In this document: piece after piece, positions 9,827-18,155 of the stretch
Numbering within the stretch: the stretch's first letter is position 1
How the letters are laid out: the number at the start of each line of letters is the position of its first letter
NCBI GenBank assembly: GCA_021162805.1
Contig: JAGGXZ010000003.1
Location: 8,372-72,371, forward strand
Reading direction: 5' to 3'
Source: Candidatus Poribacteria bacterium
GTDB lineage: Bacteria; Poribacteria; WGA-4E; B28-G17
DNA: 64,000 bases
Made by a program: the position numbers and the translations under genes
Notes under the pieces: model-generated
Databases searched by the model: none
Told to the model about the DNA's origin: nothing
Seen by the model: only the letters and a program-made list of their open reading frames with translations

Positions 9827-9855
9827 ATTATAACAAGGCGCGATGGGAAAATCAA
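9827..9855 (-). promoter_or_regulatory. sigma70-type promoter with extended -10 (TTGATT-N17-TGTTATAAT) upstream of phoH
   Basis: Read on the minus strand: -35 TTGATT (9855-9850), 17-nt spacer containing TG, -10 TATAAT (9832-9827). The predicted TSS is about 9820. Confidence 0.4.
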
Positions 9856-9859
9856 CTTC

Positions 9860-10132
9860 CTATCCTTTCCCCCCATCCCCCTCTAGATCGCGTGCGGCCT
9901 CGAGAATGGCCCGCCGCATCGCCTCCAATCTGACGATGAGGCTGTCCTCAAGCTGCTTTAAATGGAGCAGCCACGCCTCGCGGGAGCTGTTCTCATCGTC
10001 GCCGAAGCCGTTGGTTATCGAGAGTCGGATGAACTTCAATCTCTCCTCTTGAAGTATCTTCTGTTGCTGATCATAATCCGCGAGCCCGACGTTTAGGAGG
10101 CTCGACAGCTCCCTGATCCTCTCTACGCTCAT
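9860..10132 (-). CDS. hypothetical small helical protein
   Basis: 90 aa. ATG preceded by GGTGGTGA. The composition looks coding, but I recognise no family. Confidence 0.45.
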   Translation of the reverse strand: MSVERIRELSSLLNVGLADYDQQQKILQEERLKFIRLSITNGFGDDENSSREAWLLHLKQLEDSLIVRLEAMRRAILEAARDLEGDGGKG

Positions 10133-10171
10133 GATATCACCACCGTTATATAAATGTCATTCGCTCTTATT

Positions 10172-10840
10172 TCAAACCCTCTTCGCCAGCCACCGGACGC
10201 CGTTGGCGATTATCCTTCTCACCTCGTCCATATAGTAGATCGGAAAGGTCTCGTGTCCGGGGCGGAAGTAGAAAACCCTGCCGTTGCCGACCGTCCAGAC
10301 CAAGCCGTCCCTGGCCAGCTCCTTTCCGTCGCAGTAAAGCCCTGCGATTATAACCGCCTCGGGTATCGGCACATCATACGGCTCGCCGTACCATTCCTCG
10401 CGCGGGATGACGAAATCGCTAACCCCCTCAGCTATCGGATGGTCCGGATTGACCACCTTGATGTAGCCCGGTTTGCCGTCCTCTACATATGCCCGCCACG
10501 CGCAACTTGTTCCGAGAAGCGCCTTGAGGGGTCTGGCGAAGTGGGAGGAATGAAGGGCGAGGTATCCCATTCCCCTCTCTTTGACGTGTCTAACCACCCT
10601 TTCAACCGTCTCATCGGTCACATCGCCGTGCCTGACATGGCCGAACCATATCAGGACATCGGTCTCGCTCAATTTCCCCTCGCTCAGCCCCTGATCGGGC
10701 TCATCGATGTTGGCCGTCTCGGCGACGATATCGCCGAGGGTGTTGAGATATTCGGCCAGAGCTCCGTTTATCCCGTTGGGATAGACCGATTTCGGCTCGG
10801 AGAGCTCCGACCAAGCCAGGACTTTGATCTTTTCGACCAT
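10172..10840 (-). CDS. ThuA-domain protein (trehalose-utilisation-like)
   Basis: 'VLIWFGHVRHGDV', 'MGYLALHSSHF', 'VFYFRPGHETFPIYY...IIANGVRWLA' match the ThuA pattern. Confidence 0.85.
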   Translation of the reverse strand: MVEKIKVLAWSELSEPKSVYPNGINGALAEYLNTLGDIVAETANIDEPDQGLSEGKLSETDVLIWFGHVRHGDVTDETVERVVRHVKERGMGYLALHSSHFARPLKALLGTSCAWRAYVEDGKPGYIKVVNPDHPIAEGVSDFVIPREEWYGEPYDVPIPEAVIIAGLYCDGKELARDGLVWTVGNGRVFYFRPGHETFPIYYMDEVRRIIANGVRWLAKRV

Positions 10841-10845
10841 CTCAC

Positions 10846-11505
10846 CTACCCTCCTCTTATCTCTCGTCGGGCATTTCGCACCGCCTCGACGAGTTGCTTA
10901 GCGGTCTCCGTCAGCAGATCGAAGTTGCGCTCGGCGATCGCCTTTTTGCTTACAAGAGCTCCCCCCACGCCGAGGGCCGTCGCCCCCGCCTTGATGAAAT
11001 CGGCGGCGTTTTCGACGTTCACCCCTCCCGTGGGGATCAGCTCCACCTGAGGGAGCGGCGCCTTGACCGCCTTGATATATCCGGGACCGACGATCGACGC
11101 GGGGAAGACCTTGACGTAATCCGCGCCTCTCTCCCACGCATCCAGTATCTCGGTGGGCGTCAAAGCGCCCGGCATGACTATCTTGCCGTATCGATTGCAC
11201 ATCTCTATGACGTCGGGCTTCACCACGGGCGACACGATGAACTCCGCGCCTGAAAGCATGGCAGCCCTGGCGGTCTCCCCGTCCAGAACCGATCCGACCC
11301 CCAGATAGACCTCATCCCCGTATTTGGCCCTCACGGCCTCGATGACCTTCAGGGCGTCGGGGGTTGTCATCGTCACCTCGATCACATCGACGCCTCCCTC
11401 CTTGATCGCGGCGGCGACATCTATCAGCTGTTGGGAGGATGAGGCCCTTATCACGGCGATCACGCCGCATCTCTCTATCCATCTCTTTCCTTCAACCTTC
11501 GTCAT
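10846..11505 (-). CDS. eda: KDPG / KHG aldolase
   Basis: 'VIAVIRASS', 'GGVDVIEVTMTTPDALKVIE', 'GVGSVLD', 'VKVFPAS', 'IPTGGV' are canonical Eda motifs. Confidence 0.85.
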   Translation of the reverse strand: MTKVEGKRWIERCGVIAVIRASSSQQLIDVAAAIKEGGVDVIEVTMTTPDALKVIEAVRAKYGDEVYLGVGSVLDGETARAAMLSGAEFIVSPVVKPDVIEMCNRYGKIVMPGALTPTEILDAWERGADYVKVFPASIVGPGYIKAVKAPLPQVELIPTGGVNVENAADFIKAGATALGVGGALVSKKAIAERNFDLLTETAKQLVEAVRNARREIRGG

Positions 11506-11625
11506 ATCCTAACCCTCTAGTTTGATTCATCCCCCCTTGATCTGGAGACTTACAAATTTTAAAACCTCAAACGGTCTATGTCAATAAGGATGTCCGATCT
11601 CCCGTCTGAACCTCGGTCCATCGCC

Positions 11626-11654
11626 TTGACATGACACGGCGGCTATGTTAAATT
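11626..11654 (+). promoter_or_regulatory. sigma70-type promoter TTGACA-N17-TAAATT
   Basis: TTGACA at 11626-11631, exact 17-nt spacer, TAAATT at 11649-11654. It lies 33 nt upstream of the ATG at 11687, which has a GGTGAGGTG RBS. Confidence 0.45.
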
Positions 11655-11686
11655 TCCTTAGCTCATCCCCGCGGTGAGGTGATCAG

Positions 11687-12250
11687 ATGGCTCAAACAAC
11701 CCTGCAGGAGAGGGTTGATAGACTCGAAATAGCGCTTGAGAGGCTGTCCGGAGAAGTGGAGGAGACCTCCCGCTCCGTGAGACAGCTATCCCTGGAAATG
11801 CGGCTCTTTAAAGAGGAGATGAACAAAAGATGGGGAGACCTTGCCAACAGGCTTGGAACGCTGGTTGAGGACATCGTTGCCCCCGCCCTGCCCCAGGTGA
11901 TCAAAAGACGATTAGGACTGGAACTGGACGACATCATGATCAGGCGGAAGAGAAGAAAAGGAGAGCTGAGAGAGGAGTTCGACGTGATAGGAATCGCCGG
12001 GGATGTGATCTTCGTCGCGGAGGTCAAAAGCCAGTTCAAGGCGGATCATGTCGATAGGTTCTCCGAGAAGCTCAGGAGATTCAGGGAGCTCTTCCCCGAA
12101 TATGAGGATAAGCGACTGATAGGCGTGATAGCCTCGCTTTACTTAGATGAGGGTGTGATCCGTTATGCTACGGCCAAAGGATACTACGCGATGGGGATGA
12201 AGGGAGATTACATGGACTTCCTCAATGCCGAGGAGCTTTCCGCCGGGTGA
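11687..12250 (+). CDS. coiled-coil + PD-(D/E)xK-like protein (short paralog; DUF3782-like architecture, recalled from memory)
   Basis: 187 aa. N-terminal heptad-like region, then 'EFDVIGIAGDVIFVAEVKSQ' (D...E-x-K nuclease-like core), then '...FRELFPEYEDKRLIGVIA'. Confidence 0.75.
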   Translation: MAQTTLQERVDRLEIALERLSGEVEETSRSVRQLSLEMRLFKEEMNKRWGDLANRLGTLVEDIVAPALPQVIKRRLGLELDDIMIRRKRRKGELREEFDVIGIAGDVIFVAEVKSQFKADHVDRFSEKLRRFRELFPEYEDKRLIGVIASLYLDEGVIRYATAKGYYAMGMKGDYMDFLNAEELSAG

Positions 12251-12265
12251 GTCAGCCGAACATAA

Positions 12266-14086
12266 TTAACGTCTCCTATGATAGGCCCACCACTCCAGGA
12301 TCATCAAGAGGACCCCGGCGATGGCGAACCACTTCCACAACTCTCGCCTGGATAGCGTTACCCTGATTTTCTCCCCCTGGACCGTCCTGCCGGTCGGGAC
12401 GGATAGATCGGATTCGGAGCTATCTATCATATTGGCGGCAAACCGTCCCACCTCCTTTCCGTTGACAAGCACATCGTAAATTCCCCTCGTCAAAGGTCTG
12501 AAAACGGGTCTATCGGGATCGAGCTTCACCTTGCGGCCTTGAGGTGTGACGACCTCGAGCTGATTCACTTCGGAGTAGCTTATCGTATTCAGCGTGATAT
12601 CCCGGCCGACTCTTACCCAGGGCGGAGCGACATATCTCACATTCGAGAACCACTCGATCAGGTTTTCCATCATGATCGGGCACTCGGGTCTGAGAGGGAA
12701 ATCGGTGACATCGGGGTTAAAGGCGTCGAAACAGAATACCAATCCGCGCCTATGCACGTCCTCGCCGGCCCAGATCAGCGGCTGACCGTCCGTCTCGACC
12801 AGGGGGATGGCCCAGGATGGCATCTCCATCTCCAACATGCCTCTCATCCTTATGCCCGATAGATCCAGGCCTCTCATGATCGGATGCGTTCGATCCCAGT
12901 TAAGTATGAGGGGATTGGGTCGATAGCGCACAACGGGAGCCGACGGCAGCCCTGAGCGCGGGTTGATGAAGACAAAAGAACCCTGGGGCAGCTCCGGGGG
13001 AACCCAGTTATCGAAGATCGTGAGGTCGAATCCCGACCCGGGCAGATATCCCTCCGGTCTCACAGATCTGACATCGGCCATCGGGCTCGAACGAAGCGAT
13101 CTTTCGAGGAAAAACCCCGTCCTCTCGGAGCCTGTCACGAGTAGAATTCTGAGCTTGTCATGCGGGGGCAGGATCAGATCGGCCGAGTTATCGATGTCAA
13201 GAGCATCCTTAACCTCCAGTTTCAAGCTGATTCTCCTGGTAGCCAACCTCTTATTCAGCTCAATTGTCACCCGGCCCGGCGAACCCTCCTGAACTTGAAC
13301 CATTTTTGCCAGGAACGGTTTATCATCGGCGTAGACCCACAGTGTAATTCGACGAGGCGGGGCGTTGAATGCTGCGACGGTGAGGCTGAGAAGCTCCCTA
13401 TCCGTAAGGGGATCATACGCCACCCGGAGACCGGTTATCCCGTAGTTTGGCCTGTCTTTACCGACCCGATAGATCATCAACCTATTTGAGATTCTATCGG
13501 GCAGGGAGGAGATATCCACCATCTTATCGGTTATGAGAGCGATAGCGGACATCTCTTCGGAGAAGATCAACATAATGGCCGCCCTCAGATCACACGGGCC
13601 ATCTGAAGGGGATATTCCGTCCACAGCCTTTTGGATTAAACTTAGATCGGAGCTCCTTCTGACCAGCGTTTTCACCTTCACACCCGCTTCGACGAGGGTA
13701 ACGCTTTGGGGTTTCAAGGAACGGATGATCGAGCGGGCGACGTTCTTCGCCTGGGAAAGCCTCGTCCCGCCGTCCTCATGGGCGGCCATGCTCGCCGAGG
13801 AATCTATAACCAGAAGAAGCTCCCCTTTGATCGGCGTCACGGCCGTGGTCACCGGCCTTGCAAGCGCCAGCACCAGACAGGAGATGATGGCGATCTGCAG
13901 GGGAAGCTGAAGCGACCTTCTGATCCGGGCGGAGAAGAGGTTGGAGCCGGACTCCTGGACGAGCTCCCTCCACAACATGACGCTCGGCACGATCCGATCA
14001 CCGCGCCGCAGTTTAAGGAGATGGAGTAGAAGTATCACCGGTATGAGAGCAAGCAGGAGAAGGGAACGGCCTTCGATGAAGATCAT
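12266..14086 (-). CDS. BatA-like protein: N-terminal double-TM aerotolerance domain + VWA domain + C-terminal TM
   Basis: 'LLLLALIPVILLLHLLKLRR' (BatA_N-like), 'LLLVIDSSASM...GGTRLSQAK' (VWA MIDAS motif), and a C-terminal hydrophobic helix. Confidence 0.7.
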   Translation of the reverse strand: MIFIEGRSLLLLALIPVILLLHLLKLRRGDRIVPSVMLWRELVQESGSNLFSARIRRSLQLPLQIAIISCLVLALARPVTTAVTPIKGELLLVIDSSASMAAHEDGGTRLSQAKNVARSIIRSLKPQSVTLVEAGVKVKTLVRRSSDLSLIQKAVDGISPSDGPCDLRAAIMLIFSEEMSAIALITDKMVDISSLPDRISNRLMIYRVGKDRPNYGITGLRVAYDPLTDRELLSLTVAAFNAPPRRITLWVYADDKPFLAKMVQVQEGSPGRVTIELNKRLATRRISLKLEVKDALDIDNSADLILPPHDKLRILLVTGSERTGFFLERSLRSSPMADVRSVRPEGYLPGSGFDLTIFDNWVPPELPQGSFVFINPRSGLPSAPVVRYRPNPLILNWDRTHPIMRGLDLSGIRMRGMLEMEMPSWAIPLVETDGQPLIWAGEDVHRRGLVFCFDAFNPDVTDFPLRPECPIMMENLIEWFSNVRYVAPPWVRVGRDITLNTISYSEVNQLEVVTPQGRKVKLDPDRPVFRPLTRGIYDVLVNGKEVGRFAANMIDSSESDLSVPTGRTVQGEKIRVTLSRRELWKWFAIAGVLLMILEWWAYHRRR

Positions 14087-14494
14087 CTATGCTCCGGACG
14101 CCGTCTCCTCCGTTTTCTGCTCCTGCTCCAGCTTCTGCGAAACCTCCTCGGCGTCCTGTCTTCCCACCTCGCCGAACTCCTTGAGCTTTTCGATCTCAGC
14201 CCTCGCCTCATCGAACATTCCGAGCCCGATATAGATGTTGGCCAGGTTTTTGTGCATCTCGCGGAAAACGCCGGGCCAATTTTTCTTCCCCTCAAGACTT
14301 ACGATTTTCTTCGCGACCTTTATCGCCTCGTCGATGGTCTCGTCCATCTCTGCTTTCTTCTCCGGGTCGTCGAATGCCTTCGGGTTTTCCTTATACTTTT
14401 TGAGCATATCCAGAGCTCTATCGCAAGCCCTGTAGCTTCTCTCTATATTGATCATTCCGTCAAACAGGTTGAAGATATCCCACTTTATCTTCAC
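14087..14494 (-). CDS. hypothetical helical (TPR-like) protein, directly abutting the BatA-like gene
   Basis: 135 aa with a GTG start. GGAAGGAGG lies 12 nt upstream. The stop is adjacent to the start of the next gene. Confidence 0.55.
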   Translation of the reverse strand: MKIKWDIFNLFDGMINIERSYRACDRALDMLKKYKENPKAFDDPEKKAEMDETIDEAIKVAKKIVSLEGKKNWPGVFREMHKNLANIYIGLGMFDEARAEIEKLKEFGEVGRQDAEEVSQKLEQEQKTEETASGA

Positions 14495-14534
14495 CGGCGC
14501 CGGATACCTCCTTCCTCAGGGTTTTTAACGCTCT

Positions 14535-14768
14535 TCAAATTATAACAAACCGCTGATCGGCAAACAAGCTCATGGAACGCCGGAGTCGTTCCATACTACG
14601 TCGGATCCCCTCAGGTGAAACCAGATCCGGATTAAGCTCAAGACAGAGGGCGCCCTTATATCTGGCCGATACCAAACCGGAGAACAGATCATCGAAATCG
14701 ACAAGTCCTGTTCCGACCTCGATGTGATCGTGTATGTCGTCGTCAGCGGTGAGATCGACATAAGGCTG
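14535..14768 (-). pseudogene. C-terminal remnant of a sugar-phosphate isomerase/epimerase (xylose-isomerase-like TIM barrel)
   Basis: Own translation: QPYVDLTADDDIHDHIEVGTGLVDFDDLFSGLVSARYKGALCLELNPDL... This resembles the 'H.p.G.G.idf..l...L...gY.G.l.lE' tail of that family. There is no start codon, and it begins in frame right after the ispH stop. Confidence 0.5.
14539..14567 (-). promoter_or_regulatory. candidate promoter TTGTTT-N17-TGTTATAAT for the 14494 gene
   Basis: Minus strand: extended -10 TGTTATAAT (14547-14539) and a weak -35 TTGTTT (14567-14562). It is embedded in the TIM-barrel remnant. Confidence 0.35.
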
Positions 14769-15623
14769 TTAATCGCGGACGCTCAGACCTCTCAACCTTT
14801 CGACGACGCCCTGGATGATGAAATCGGGCGTGGAAGCCCCTGCGGCGATCCCCACCAATTCCGCACCCTCAAGCCATTTGGGATCGATCTCATCCGCTGT
14901 CTCTATGTGATACGCCCTGGAGCCCGCATCCCGACAGATCTGTAACAGCCTTCTCGTGTTGCCGCTGTTTCGACCGCCCACTACCAACATCAGATCGGCT
15001 CTCCGAGCCAGATCACGGGCCGCCGTCTGCTGGTTTCTTATGGCGTGACAGATGGTGTTATGAACCTTCATCTCGTCCGATTTGAGCAGAAGCTTAGTCA
15101 ATATCTCGCCGAAGCTTTCCAGCTCCTGAGTCGTTTGGAAGACAACCCCCACCCTTTTCATCTCCGGCAGCCCCTCAACATCCTCTAGATTCTCGATGAC
15201 GTATGCTTTCCCACCGGCATGCGCTATGATCCCTATCACCTCGGGGTGCTCCTTCTCACCGAGTATCACCACCTGATATCCCTCATCGGCCAGTTCCTTC
15301 GCTTTGCTCTGAGCGCGTTTGACAAAAGGGCAGGTTGCATCTACCACCTTTAACCCTCTCTTCAGCGCCCTATCGATGAGCTCCGGCGGAACCCCGTGAG
15401 ACCGGACGATTAACACGCCCCTGTCCACTTCATCCAGGTTTGATATCGGATAAACTCCTTTCTCCCTCTTCAGCATCTCGACGGCCTGAGGGTTGTGGAT
15501 GATCGGACCTAAGGTGTAAAAAGGGCCTTCTCCGTCATGTTCCCGGACGGCTTTCTCCACGAGCGAGAAGGCCCTTCGCACGCCATAACAGTATCCTGCG
15601 TTTTTAGCTATTTCGATCTTCAT
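14769..15623 (-). CDS. ispH: 4-hydroxy-3-methylbut-2-enyl diphosphate reductase
   Basis: 'AGYCYGVRRA', 'GPIIHNP', 'DATCPFV', 'HNTICHAIRNQQ' are the IspH Cys-containing motifs. Confidence 0.9.
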   Translation of the reverse strand: MKIEIAKNAGYCYGVRRAFSLVEKAVREHDGEGPFYTLGPIIHNPQAVEMLKREKGVYPISNLDEVDRGVLIVRSHGVPPELIDRALKRGLKVVDATCPFVKRAQSKAKELADEGYQVVILGEKEHPEVIGIIAHAGGKAYVIENLEDVEGLPEMKRVGVVFQTTQELESFGEILTKLLLKSDEMKVHNTICHAIRNQQTAARDLARRADLMLVVGGRNSGNTRRLLQICRDAGSRAYHIETADEIDPKWLEGAELVGIAAGASTPDFIIQGVVERLRGLSVRD

Positions 15624-15626
15624 CTT

Positions 15627-17948
15627 TCACCTTAACGATTTGACCCTAAAAAACCTCTCCCTGCCTTCATCGGGGGTCCATCTTATCCTCAGGATCACAT
15701 CCGGATCCTCATCGGGCGATAACGCCTCAGGTTCAATTACGGATGAAGCTCTCACGATCGCCCCCGGAAATTTGATCTCTACGCCGGCCCAACCCGGTTC
15801 GAGCTCGATCGGTCCTCCATCGAATTTCTCCCCCGGACCTTCGACGAGCGCGAAGGCGGCTATCCTCTGAGATTCGGACCTCCGACGGGTGGAGGCTTTG
15901 AAGTGATAATGGTTCGGCATACTCCTATGATACTTCGATGGAATTCCCTCATTGTAAGGGGTCTCGAACTGATCCGTATATGAGAAGCTGAATCCCCCTG
16001 GGGTGTAAAGCCATATCCTCATCTTCGCTCCCTTACGTCTGGAGGTCACGCTCTGACCATCCTCATCCATCTCGAACGGCTCGAAGGCATGTAGCAGCCA
16101 TTGGAAGGTGGAGGGTTTCGGGGCGACGAGCTCGTCGATAATGCAGACGAGTCCAGGGCGGACGAGGAAGATATATCTCAGGAACTTCGTCAGTTTTCCC
16201 CCATATGCCTCCGTCGCATCGCCGCAGACGAATCCGCAATGGCTGTACGTATCGAAGACGATGATCCTCCCGCGTGCCTCGGCCGAGCGAGAGATCTGAC
16301 CCTCCCCATCCACCAGGATCCCGCAGTGGGCTTTGGTCTGACGCGTCCATTTGACGTGGTGTGGCATCCCATATGCGGGGCCGTAATATCCGGAGGATGT
16401 GGCGAGGGCTTTGCCGCCCTTAAGAATGCAGAAACAGTTCTGATCGGCGTGGCTGTGGCTGACGGAGCCGTAGGGAGACGATTTGAAAAGCACGAACGTA
16501 TCGTTCTCCGGATCGGCTATGTCGCTATGCAGCGCTGCCCATCCCACGCCTCTGAAGACGGCGTCGGGAGGCATATCCGTAGGAGGCTTCGGCTTCACCT
16601 CGTCGGGCAGGATCAGATTGATCAGGCTCGCCGATCTCCGGGCGTTCGGATCGGCCACCTGAGCCCACCATCTGCAGGCCGGATCTTTGAAGAGCTGGGC
16701 GTGATGGATCATGAGCGGTGCTCCGCCTCTCGGAGAGCCAGTTGTGCCTCCGTCGCCGAAGGGGGTGATCTCCCCGATGGGCGAGGTGCAGTAGAAGAAA
16801 AAGCGCCTCACCTTTCGGAAGAAGGGGCGTTGCCAGAGGTTGATGCCCAGAGCGGACCGCACCGCCTCAAAGGGTGGGAGTAGGATGGAGTTGTAGGCCC
16901 GCCCGTATCCGATCCCCTCAGCCCATCCCCCATCATGTCCGCCCCAATGGGGAAAGACGGTGTAGATCGCCCGCAGAGCGTAATCCAGCCACGCCCGCGC
17001 CTCCGGCTCCTCCGCCAAAGCGATGGCATGTTCACACAGATACCCGGGCAATCTCCCAGCATGGCTCTCCTCGGGAAAGGCGAGGAAATCGCAACGATCC
17101 TTCAGACGCCGCAACATCTGGTTCCCCCTGGCTATTAACATCCGCCGCACAAGTTCCCTCTCCGACTCATTCATCAGGTCGTAGAGCCAATCGTAACAGT
17201 GGGCACCGGTTTTGACCAGGCTCAGCCCTATCTCATCACCATACGGCGCCAGGATGGACGAGATCCCCTCAGGATCCCACTTAGCCACCTGAATCAATAT
17301 TTTGAGTGCAGCCTCGCCATATCTGCGATCTCCGGTGAATAGATATGCTAAGGCCAGCGGTTCCATACCGTTATTTATCACCCTGCGGAAATCGCGGAAG
17401 GCGTAGACATAGGCCATTCTGCGTTCAGCAGGATCATCTATCCGATCGTAGGTGGGTTCCTCGGGCGGATCAAGCGATAAGCATCTTTCGGCATGTGAGA
17501 TCAGGGCCTCAATGGGTTCCTTACGCGTGTCCTTGGCGCTTTCGCGAAGGCGATCCAGATCGGATTTGAGAAATATCACCCTGGGATGTTCGGATGGAAC
17601 CCGCTTGAGGAGCTCGTCAGCCGGTATCCACGGCTGTTGGGGAACATCTTCGGCGATGGAAAAGGACTTTGGCCCCCATATGTCCAGAGTATTGCCGGAT
17701 TCATCTATCGCCGAAACCTGCCAGCTATACTCACCCGGCGGAAATATCCGATCCGGCACGTGAACCGGATCGATCAGGTTATCGGCCTGATAGATCGTTC
17801 TTCCATCAGAGTTCCGTATTTCGAACCGATAGCTTCGCGCCCCCTCCGCGCGCCACCAGCAGAATCCTGGAGGGTTGATCCCCACCCTTTCCCCATCCGC
17901 CGGCCTGGGGAAACTACCTCTCGGTGGTCGTTTCTCCGGAAAGGCCAT
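15627..17948 (-). CDS. heparinase II/III-family polysaccharide lyase-like protein (DUF4962-like N-terminus)
   Basis: 'INPPGFCWW' in the N-domain and 'GSVSHSHADQNCFCILKGG' in the heparinase II/III C-domain. The track start at 17972 is TTG; I prefer the ATG at 17948, which has GAGGAGG 8 nt upstream. Confidence 0.8.
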   Translation of the reverse strand: MAFPEKRPPRGSFPRPADGERVGINPPGFCWWRAEGARSYRFEIRNSDGRTIYQADNLIDPVHVPDRIFPPGEYSWQVSAIDESGNTLDIWGPKSFSIAEDVPQQPWIPADELLKRVPSEHPRVIFLKSDLDRLRESAKDTRKEPIEALISHAERCLSLDPPEEPTYDRIDDPAERRMAYVYAFRDFRRVINNGMEPLALAYLFTGDRRYGEAALKILIQVAKWDPEGISSILAPYGDEIGLSLVKTGAHCYDWLYDLMNESERELVRRMLIARGNQMLRRLKDRCDFLAFPEESHAGRLPGYLCEHAIALAEEPEARAWLDYALRAIYTVFPHWGGHDGGWAEGIGYGRAYNSILLPPFEAVRSALGINLWQRPFFRKVRRFFFYCTSPIGEITPFGDGGTTGSPRGGAPLMIHHAQLFKDPACRWWAQVADPNARRSASLINLILPDEVKPKPPTDMPPDAVFRGVGWAALHSDIADPENDTFVLFKSSPYGSVSHSHADQNCFCILKGGKALATSSGYYGPAYGMPHHVKWTRQTKAHCGILVDGEGQISRSAEARGRIIVFDTYSHCGFVCGDATEAYGGKLTKFLRYIFLVRPGLVCIIDELVAPKPSTFQWLLHAFEPFEMDEDGQSVTSRRKGAKMRIWLYTPGGFSFSYTDQFETPYNEGIPSKYHRSMPNHYHFKASTRRRSESQRIAAFALVEGPGEKFDGGPIELEPGWAGVEIKFPGAIVRASSVIEPEALSPDEDPDVILRIRWTPDEGRERFFRVKSLR

Positions 17949-18109
17949 GATTTCGTCCTCCTCGATAAGCAACTTCGAGCATCAGGCTTTAAAGCATATC
18001 ACAGTCGAACGAGAAAGGGAAGGGGAAATTTCCTTCGCTTTTATTTCCCTTGTGTTAATGCGCTGAACACCGAGAGCTTAATTAGTGTTTGCGCGGAGCC
18101 GAATCCCGA

Positions 18110-18118
18110 TGTTATAAT
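18110..18118 (+). promoter_or_regulatory. extended -10 element TGTTATAAT upstream of the aldo/keto reductase
   Basis: The same 9-mer occurs at the phoH and 14494-gene promoters. It lies 38 nt upstream of the ATG at 18156. The -35 is weak (TTGCGC at 18-nt spacing). Confidence 0.35.
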
Positions 18119-18155
18119 TTCCCATGTCGGGGAAAAACAGCGGAGGGGGTACACG

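Noticed and set aside
10154-11050. 298-aa plus-strand ORF
   Set aside because: It is entirely antisense to the well-supported ThuA and eda genes. It has an Arg/Pro/Gly-rich, low-complexity composition typical of antisense frames in GC-rich DNA, with no RBS and no recognisable motif.
16101-16883. 260-aa plus-strand ORF, plus several 60-110-aa ORFs nearby
   Set aside because: It is antisense to the heparinase II/III-like gene, whose frame carries clear family motifs. Its composition is Arg/Gly/Asp-biased.
17586-18155. N-terminal 190-codon extension of the aldo/keto-reductase ORF in the track
   Set aside because: The extension overlaps the 5' end of the divergent lyase gene and the intergenic region. 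The AKR homology begins at the ATG at 18156, which has a GGAGGGGG RBS.
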